Origin: Amoebidium appalachense
Taxonomy: Eukaryota; Protista; Ichthyosporea
Length of the DNA stretch: 64,000 bases
NCBI GenBank assembly: GCA_963693365.1
Contig: CAVNZM010000005.1
Span: 12,857,728 to 12,921,727 of the forward strand
Direction of reading: 5' to 3'
Below the pieces are notes generated by a model. The model was not told the origin of the DNA and did not search any database. It saw only the letters and a program-made list of their open reading frames with translations. The position numbers and the translations under genes were made by a program. The number at the start of each line of letters is the position of its first letter. Position 1 is the stretch's first letter. Below are positions 54,634 to 64,000 of the stretch, piece after piece.

Positions 54634-55917
54634 CACACGCACGCACACGCACGCAAACACATACACACGCACACACCCTCCCCCCACACATCCACTTGAG
54701 CAACGTCTTGCTGGGTGGATTGCCTCTTATGTGTTTCAAACACCGTGCCAAGGAATAGGCTTGTCTATGCCCGGTGGTAACGTGTGGGTGCAGAGTGCCG
54801 ATGAGGTGCAGCTACAGAAAAAAATCCAGGCCGTGCGGGAGGCCACGGGGCAGACCGACATGAGCGATGAGACGCTGCAGAAGATTCTCTTTGACAAGGG
54901 CTACAGTGTGGATGAGGCCGTGCTATATGTGCTGGAAGGTTCGTGTGTGGGTGGGTGTGGGTGGGTGTGCGCGCGTGCCTGTGCCTTTTCGTGTGTGAGC
55001 GCGCGTGCATGGGGGCATGCGTTAGGGTGGGCCCCGGGGAGGGGGGGGGGGGGGGGGGGGGGGGGGCTCGTTCTAGTGACGTTTATTACCATAACCAGCA
55101 CGTACCATAACTGTGCTGGTTATGGTACTATACCTCACTAGGATGAGAATCTTCCGCAGCGTGTCATCTTGTGCAAGAAAGCTCTCCCAATGTGCAAGGT
55201 TGTCACGACCTTGGACCGGCTTGAGTGTGATTGATTGCGCCCGTGTGGGTATCGTGCACAAGTTTTGCCCTTTCTGCACACGGGGAAAGCTAGGCACGGC
55301 AGAGAGTCGTGTTGAGGCTGTTACATTACGGTGTTGATGTCTGCATGTTTGTGTTTCGGTAGACTTCCGCTGGGCCCTGTGGTCCGTAGTGCTGTGCATG
55401 GTGAGAGTTTTGGGTGCCCTGGGTTAATACCTGCCACATTACAGCGAAAAGGAATGTGATGTGGGTCGGGAGGAATGCACAAGCAGACACGGTTGATGCT
55501 CAACCAAGTACCTCTGGAGCATACCTATGATCATGTGCTGCTGTTTTTCTTTTGGCTTTGTGTGAGTATGTGTGTGTGTGTGTGTGTGTGTGGAGGGGTG
55601 GGGGGGAAAGAGGAAGGTGCTTGGTAACTGCTGATTTTGTGTGTGTGGTTGCATTTTAGTTTGTTCAGAATATTTTTTTATCCGTGTGTACTGGTATCTG
55701 GAGGATGCAAGTTAACTGATATGCGGTGCACTGCAGCAGGGTCGGCGCTAGAGAGCGACTGGGCCGAGGCCAAAAAGAAAAACAAAAAGAAGCCAGAGGA
55801 CGACTACTACCGGCCACGTAAGACGGACAACAGGTCCCCTGCAGTTAGCAAAGGTGTGTATGTGCGCGTGCGTGTGCGTGTGTGTGCGTGCGCACGTGTG
55901 TCGTCTCTCCGTCTTCC

Positions 55918-55949
<32 letters not shown>

Positions 55950-56689
55950 TTTCACTCTTTTTCTGTGTGTGGACACGGAGGATAGGTGAGGGGGCTCTAT
56001 TCAAGTGTATTGTTATCTTTGGCGTGTTGTTGAGGTGAATCTGTGTCTCCATTAGCTCACCAATGTCGGGTGTGTGGCATGGCACATGTGTGTGCGTGCG
56101 TGTGCGTGTGCGTGTGCGTGTGTGTGTGTGTGTGCGCGCGCGCGTGCGCGTGGGATGCACACAACCGAAGGTCATATGATGGCAGGGTGTTGTACGTACC
56201 GTTTTTCGCGTAGAGTGTTTGTGTGTCGGATGCATGTGTGTTCATTCCTGCTGTGATCATGGCTGCTCCCTCCGTACCAAAACAATAGAAAGAAAAATGA
56301 GCGGAGACAATGTGGGTGATTGCAAAATCGAGCTTTGATCCAGTGTAGCACGAGAGGAGTGGTCCTGGTCACACACACACATACACTAACACGGGCATGA
56401 ACAGAGCGCCGGGATGGTGTGCGTACAGATGCACCACGGACAGAGAGAAAGGCACCCAGCACAGACAGAGACAGACCCCCCCGCAAAGATGACGGTAGGA
56501 CCCCCCCCCCCTTCCTTGATGTGTCTGGCCTGGGCATGTGGTATGCATGTTGCAGGCATATGTTTGTGTTAACTGGTTCTTTTGCCCTTCGTTCCCTATT
56601 TTTCTCTATTACCTTTCTCTCTTCCTCTCCTCCTCCTCCTCCTGCTTCTCCTTTTCTCCTCTTTTTTTTTTTTTTTTCTCCTGTCTTCG

Positions 56690-56730
<41 letters not shown>

Positions 56731-57639
56731 TGTTCAACGCTTGTGCACACAGTGATTATGCTGCAGTGATGTGACGGCCACTGACCCCTCCACCCTTTGC
56801 AGGGCGGGCCAGACACACCGGTGGCGAGGAGCCCAGCAGCCGGGCAGCAGAGAGTGACTGGGGGGTGACGGGCAGCAGCGGCTGGGGAGACGAGCACAAG
56901 CACACACAGCAGGCACAGGCACCAGCAGTGGCAGGACACTGGGTCAAGGGGCCCCCCAAGGAGGTGGTGCGTGGCCTTGCCCGTGCACAAACACAGTGGG
57001 ACTTGCACGTGCACGCACACACACTTGCCCGTGCACATGCAATGAGACCTGCCCGTGCACATGCAATGAGACCTGCCCGTGCACATGCAATGAGACCTGC
57101 CCGTGCACATGCATTGAGACCTGCCCGTGCACATTTGTTAAAGCCACGTGTACGTGGGTGATAGAGGAGAACACGTCTACGCCTGTGTACGTGTAGAGAA
57201 AACATGCACGTGCTTGTGCACGTGTATGTGCACACTCGAAGATAAAGCACACATGCGTTTGGACGGTGGGGAAGTGTGTGCATGTGCAGTTAAACGGGAG
57301 ACACGGTGTGTTTAAGTGTGGAGAAGACGGGTACATGTACACACACACAGAATTTGTACACGTACCATTGCTCCGAAGGAAAGCTGGATTATCCACGTAG
57401 AAGGAACACCTACACAAAATGGGCATGCATGTGCATAAAGCAATAACAGATGCACGTGCACAAATAAGATATGCTCACTTGCAAACACACGAAGGACACA
57501 CCTTTTGTGCGTGGAAGTGGCTGTGGTGTACGTTTGAAGGGGGCATCGTTCACCTACACCCCTCACATATATGCGTGGGGATAGTGTGTTTTACGGATTG
57601 ATTTATGGTTGTCTATCAATCAGCAAGTTAAGTTGTCGC

Positions 57640-57670
<31 letters not shown>

Positions 57671-58376
57671 GGCTCTTTTTCTTACCATCCATTGACTGCA
57701 GGAGCAAAAGAGGGAGCTAGCCAAGCAGGCTGCAGCCACCCCCCCACCCCAACAGCAGGCCCCCACCCCTGCCCCAGCCCCACAACCGCCAAACCCAAAT
57801 TCATGGGCAAGCATGTTGTTCAAGTATGTAGCCAGAGCCTTCCCCCCCCCCCCCCCCCCCCCCCCCCCGCCCAGGCAGACACACACAATATGCAAAAAGC
57901 AAGCACCGGTATAGCCCACCACGCACAAATTCACGTGCAAGGTTGCACGGGGTGTGCACGTGGTACGCCTTGGCTGTGGGGGTAGCTCTGCACGTGTGTG
58001 TGGGCAACATCAGCTTGTGTGGGGGTTTCCCGTGAGTGCATCCACAAGGGGCAAGCACTCATTTACACCCCCCATGCCACCTATGCTGCTGGCATCACCA
58101 TCGAGTCTCGTAATGAGCAGTGCAGTGACGTGTCAAAACACCCACGTGCATGCACGCACACACGTACGTATGTTGTCACACATACACACAGAGAGAGAGA
58201 GCGAAAATGCTCACACTTAACACACATCGAAACGGGCACACTTGACACACATACACACACTACCCACACACGCTCAGCCACACACACACACACACACACG
58301 ACACACGCATTCATGCACACACATTCGCGTACATACGACAAACACACACACACATGCCCACACCTACACCACGTGC

Positions 58377-58464
<88 letters not shown>

Positions 58465-58877
58465 GCACGCACGCACACACACACGCACAGGAAACCAGCT
58501 GCACCGGCAGCGCCAGCAGCAGCACCCAAGCCGAAGGCACCACCCTCCCCGGCACCAGTACATGCACCGGAGCCCGAACCGCAACCCGAACCTGAACCCG
58601 AACCGGTAGTCGAACCCGAACCGGAGGTTGAGGAGGTGGCCGTGGAGGCACAGACAGAGACAGAGACACAGGTAGAGGCGGACACATGGACAGGCACGGA
58701 GACAGGACACGAGGAGGGATGGGGCACAGGCACGGAGGGGCAGACGGAGGAAACGACAGAGGGGCACCACGAATACTATGAGCAGGGGGAGAGCGCGTGG
58801 CAGGAGGAGACCGTGCAGGTCGAGGAGAGTGCCCCCGTGGAGGAGGAGCAGGTATGTGTGTGTGTGTGTGTGTTTGT

Positions 58878-58916
<39 letters not shown>

Positions 58917-59738
58917 GGACGAGGGTGTGTGGGTGTGGGTGTGGGTGTGTGTGTGCGTGCGTGTGCACACACGTGTTGCTGAGAGAGGCTGGTGTGTGCA
59001 CACGTGGTGCAGAGGGAGAGACAGAGAGAGAGAGAGATAGAGTGTGTGTGTTGTTGGAGTGAAGCGGGTGTTTGCAATGTATATGTGTGTGTGCACGTGT
59101 TGCAGTATGTGCTCGTCGAGTCGACTCCTTGTGTTGTGAATATCGTGCACGGCATGCCATGCCCCCTCCCCTGCACTTGCTGATTGGAAAGAGTCCATGC
59201 CCACAGGAATCACTTACACTCTGCTTGCCTGCTGCACGTGCACCCACCGACATGCATGCATGCCATATTTGGGATGTGAACTAACGCCAGTTGCAGGCGG
59301 CACCAGCGCCAGTAGAGGCACCCCCCAAACCCAGCACCCCCCAGACCACGCCTGCTGTGCACAAGCGGGTGGCCCAGCTGCCTGCAGAGGCCGTCACCCT
59401 GCCTAGTTCCCTGGTGGGTGGATGGTTATGGGGTGGGGGGTAGGGAGTCATTTGGGGGATGGGGGTTTGTCTGCGTGAGTGGGTGGTGTGAGGTGGTTTT
59501 AGGTGGGTGGGTGTGCATTGTGATAAGGTGGATAACTTGTGTTGTTTCTGAATGGGCAGGTGTTTGTGGTTATTGAATGGCTGTGTGGTATGTGGCCAAT
59601 GCTGTTGTGTTGTGTTGGGTGTGTCTGAGTATGTTTTGGAGGGTATTTTGAGAGGGCTTTTGGGTGGCTTGGTGGACGTGTCTTCGTGTTTGTGTGTGTG
59701 TGTGTTGTTTGTGTGTGTGTGTGTTGTGGGGATTTTGT

Positions 59739-59799
<61 letters not shown>

Positions 59800-60448
59800 G
59801 GGGGGGGGGGGGAGGGGGTTGTAAATATGAGTGGGTGGGTTCATGGGTTTGAGGGGGGTGGGTGAGATTGTTTGGTTTGTGTGTGTTCGTGCGAGTGTGT
59901 GCGCGTGCCCGGCTGCCTGGCTGTCTTAGTGTGTGTCTGTTTATGTGTAGACGTGCTTAACTTCCTGTGTTTCAAGGGAATGCCATAACCCGGTCAACCT
60001 CTGTCTATGAAATGACCAGTCCCAAGATGGGCATAGCTGCCTACCATATTGGTTGTGTGTGCATTATGAGCCTTTGTTGCGCGTATTGGATTCATCTAAT
60101 GTCCATATGGGCCGCCGATGTTTGGTGTGAGCATATAAGCATAGTTAGTTGTTTTTCTTCCTCTTCTCTGCACTGCAATCGATGTTCCTGCCTCTGTGCA
60201 TTGCCAGCCTCCTCCCAGCATTGCAGTATGCCTACATTGTGGATATTAGCCCAGCACACGCTCACACCACCTACCCCCCCAGTCGCCCCTTGAAGTGCAG
60301 TTTGGCAGCCTTGGCATCACCTTTGGTGCCGAGCCTGAGCCCGAGCCTGCCCCAGCCCCAGCCCCAGCCCCTGCACCCGCACCGGTCGAGGCACCGGCAC
60401 CTGCACCGGAGCCCATCGTGGAGAGGTGTGTGTGCGTGTGCTCTTTTT

Positions 60449-60479
<31 letters not shown>

Positions 60480-62181
60480 GGGGGGGTTGAATGCGGGGGG
60501 AGGGGGGGGGGGTTAGATAGGTGTGATGTTGTGTGTGTTGGTGTTAGTGTGTGTGTGATGCGGGTGTGCACGAGGCTGTGTATTGTGCAGTTTTGTCTGG
60601 GTGGAGTTCTTTGTGCGTGTGTCTGGGGGTAACAGTACTGTGTGCAGTGTCTGGGTAACAGTACTGTGTGCATGTGTTTGACAGTACTGTGTGCATGTGT
60701 CTGGGTAACAGTACTGTGTGCATGTGTCAGGGTGACAGTACTGTGTGCATGTGTCTGGGTGACAGTACTGTGTGCATGTGTCTGACAGTACTGTGTGCAT
60801 GTGTCTGGGTAACAGTACTGTGTGCATGTGTCTGGGTAACAGTACTGTGTGCATGTGTCTGGGTGACAGTACTGTGTGCATGTGTCTGACAGTACTATGT
60901 GCATGTGTCTGGGTAACAGTACTGTGTGCATGTGTCTGGGTGACAGTACTGTGTGCATGTGTCTGGGTGACAGTACTGTGTGCATGTGTCTGACAGTACT
61001 GTGTGCATGTGTCTGGGTAACAGTACTGTGTGCATGTGTCTGGGTAACAGTACTGTGTGCATGTGTCTGGGTGACAGTACTGTGTGCATGTGTCTGACAG
61101 TACTGTGTGCATGTGTCTGGGTAACAGTACTGTGTGCAATGTCTGGGTAACAGTACTGCGTGCACGTGTCTGGGTGACAGTACTGTGTGCATGTGTCTGG
61201 GTGACAGTACTGTGTGCATGTGTCTGACAGTACTGTGTGCATGTGTCTGGGTGACAGTACTGTGTGCATGTGTCTGGGTGACAGTACTGTGTGCATGTGT
61301 CTGGGTGACAGTACTGTGTGCATGTGTCTGGGTGACAGTACTGTGTGCATGTGTCTGGGTAACAGTACTGTGTGCATGTGTCTGGGTGACAGTACTGTGT
61401 GCATGTGTCTGGGTGACAGTACTGTGTGCATGTGTCTGGGTGACAGTACTATGTGCATGTGTCTGACAGTACTGTGTGCATGTGTCTGGGTAACAGTACT
61501 GTGTGTGTGTGTCTGGGTGACAGTACTGTGTGCATGTGTCTGACAGTACTGTGTGCATGTGTCTGGGTAACAGTACTGTGTGCATGTGTCTGGGTGACAG
61601 TACCGTGTGCATGTGTCTGGGTGACAGTACTGTGTGCATGTGTCTGGGTGACAGTACTGTGTGCATGTGTCTGGGTAACAGTACTGTGTGCATGTGTGCG
61701 CTGCTACCAGTGCATGCAGTGCCACGACTGTAACCTGGTGCCCACGCTATGTTCTGACGTCATGTGATGTGCCCTGTGTTCTAACCGGACACCTTGCCCA
61801 CCCGCAGCCTGCCGCCCATGCAACAGCCCATCGGCACCAAGCCACCCAGCCCCCCTTCCGCCATGCAGCCTCAGCCCGTGGCCCCCGTGCACACCCCGTC
61901 TGTGTTCGACCCCCCGACGCAGCCAGCAGCAGCCCCCGTGTCTGAGGCCCAACCGCACCCCCTGTCCTCTGTGCCTGCCCCAACCCCAGTACCGCAGGGC
62001 CTAGGGCAGCAACCAGCCCAGCAGGCAGCCCAGAGCATGGCCCCCCAGCAGCCTGCACCCTCCACAGCACCCATCGGCACACAGCCACAGCACTCGGCTG
62101 CACCTGGCTCGGTCGGCACACCTACTGGCCGTAGGCCAAGGGGCGCTAACTCGTACGGCTCACAGGTGTGTGGTGGTGGGG

Positions 62182-62228
<47 letters not shown>

Positions 62229-62646
62229 GGGTGGTGGTGGTGGTGGTGGTGGTGGTGGTGTGGTGATGGTAGCATGTGTGAGCTTTAGAGGGAGGGGGAT
62301 GGGAGGGGGGTTTGGGGGGAGAGGGGGGGGGAGGAGAAGTTGCAGGTGGTGGGGGGTGGGGGGGTGGGGGCGGGGAGGAGGGAGGGGAAGGGGGATGAGT
62401 GTGTGCAGGCTCGTGTTTTTTGGCAACCGTGTGGAGGCTTGTGCATGCACACAAGTGCACCAGTGTGTTTGCGGGCACAGACACACACGTGCACCCGCGT
62501 CACCCGGGTGTGTCCTTGGCATGCATGCACGTGCACGGCACTGACACCCGTTGCCCCCCACAGCAGTTTGGAGGGCACCAGGGTGGCCACCTGCCCCAGC
62601 ACATGGGCCACATGCCCCCCCAGTATGCCGCAGTAGGTGCCCATGG

Positions 62647-62730
<84 letters not shown>

Positions 62731-62739
62731 TGAGAGAAC

Positions 62740-62770
<31 letters not shown>

Positions 62771-63138
62771 AGAGAGAGACTGAGAAATGCGCACACACAC
62801 CTGCCCTCGCTGCCACACCTACACCCACACCACACTTACACATGCACCATGCACTCACCTGAGGACGGAGACGGTCATTCGTCTTGCACTCTTTCCTGTG
62901 TCTTGGCCCCTGAGCTGTAAGCAGCAGACTCGCCCGTGCACGTGCCTGTCCCCCCTTTGTGTCCAATAGTTCATGTTCTTCTTTGCACCCCCTAACTCAC
63001 ACATGGCGCAGCAGGGCCACATGGGCTACGAGGAGAATGCGTTTGCCGGCTACGGCCAGCCCTACGGCGCCCAGCCCCCCTACATGCAGTGGTACTACGA
63101 GCAGGCCGACCCCCGCGTACGTGCCCCTAACCTCTCAC

Positions 63139-63178
<40 letters not shown>

Positions 63179-63559
63179 CCCACACAGACACAGGAACACT
63201 CACACTGACACACTGAAACACGCTCGAGCACCTGCGCTCGCTCCCCCTCCCCATCCCCACCCCCATCCCCCCCACCCCTCCCCCCGCGCACCCACTCCAC
63301 CCCATCTCACACCCTTGTTGCGCCTCCGGAACGTACACCCTCCAATGCACTGTGGCCGCTTGCTGTGTGCCACCTGGTGCTGCCAGGGCAATGGCTACTG
63401 CCGGGCACAAATGCAACATCCACTCTCACTCCCACCACTGATCCAGGGCACCCACCAATGCCACGTCCCCTTCCTTCAGTGAAAAGTGAAAAGTAAAAAG
63501 GGAAAAAACGAAAAGAGAAAGCAAAAGAAAACTTAACGACGACCACCTCCTACTCCTAG

Positions 63560-63617
<58 letters not shown>

Positions 63618-63877
63618 CCCCCCCCCCCCCTGGGCGCGGGGATGTACTGTGTATAGCCTGGAACCGAGATGATGCTGCTGGTGGTGCATGTGTTGTTGGG
63701 CCTCCTGAGTGCACGTGCTGACACCCCCCTTGCAGTACTACGACCCCACGGGGGCCTACCGCCAGCCAGCAGCAGCACGAGACAGCCACCGGGCCAAGGA
63801 GTATGGCACCACAGCTACTACACAGCCGGCTCACGAAACGCAGCCATTGGCTCAGATCCCGGCACAGCCTGCCGCGG
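54372..63877 (+). CDS. UBAP2/UBAP2L/Lingerer-like protein (N-terminal UBA-like domain, P/Q/E-rich disordered body); continues beyond window end
   Basis: Exons 54372-54416, 54794-54938, 55740-55853, 56405-56494, 56803-~56966, 57702-57823, 58491-58851, 59297-59413, 60283-60425, 61808-62165, ~62564-62632, ~63012-63116, ~63736-63877. Contains KIQAVREATG...YSVDEAVLYVLEG, DWAEAKKKNKKK and EAVTLPSS...LEVQFGSLGITFG (cf. UBAP2L AVEMPGS...QFGALQFG). Confidence 0.8.
57028..57133. repeat. 24-bp tandem repeat (GCCCGTGCACATGCAATGAGACCT) x~4.5, intronic
   Basis: Directly visible. Confidence 0.9.
60620..61698. repeat. Intronic minisatellite of 27-bp units (CTGGGT[G/A]ACAGTACTGTGTGCATGTGT) with 23-bp deletion variants
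   Basis: About 40 units; a 104-bp higher-order period is visible (ORF starts at 60668, 60772, 60876). Confidence 0.95.
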
Positions 63878-63929
63878 TAGGGGCTGCATGCTGTAGTTGG
63901 TTGGGTGCTTGACTGGATGTACGCATGAA

Positions 63930-63998
63930 CTCACACTCACATTCACACTCACACTCACACTCACACTCACACTCACACTCACACTCACACTCACACTC
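63930..63998. repeat. (CACACT)n hexamer microsatellite
   Basis: Directly visible at the window end. Confidence 0.9.
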
Positions 63999-64000
63999 GA

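Noticed and set aside
60620-61698. CRISPR-like array or 458-aa repeat protein
   Set aside because: Contiguous units with no unique spacers, no cas genes, and located inside a spliceosomal intron.

Overview
Intron-rich, microsatellite-saturated eukaryotic genomic DNA with (CA)n, (CT)n and very long poly-C/G runs. The gene mix (TSP1-repeat protease, UBAP2-like gene, Gti1/Pac2 WOPR factor) suggests a unicellular opisthokont, possibly an ichthyosporean; this is inference only. Almost all supplied six-frame ORFs are repeat artefacts. Manual splicing supports seven genes: a RING-H2 protein (partial), a 9-exon RlmI-like rRNA methyltransferase, a secreted trypsin with 9 TSP1 repeats, a disrupted importin-alpha paralogue, SRP14, an intronless WOPR factor and a UBAP2/Lingerer-like gene (partial). 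Mobile DNA includes three 5'-truncated non-LTR retrotransposon 3' ends that finish in AAAC(C)n, a tandem Copia-type TRIM (LTR-int-LTR-int-LTR) and a Tc1/mariner MITE. The most notable feature is a ~290-310 nt intronic, sense-oriented interspersed element in two subfamilies with at least 6 copies. Its core shows covarying helices, a pseudoknot and hammerhead-like core motifs in a non-canonical order, and its copies stack into poly-C tracts. It is a candidate undescribed structured-RNA or ribozyme retroelement.
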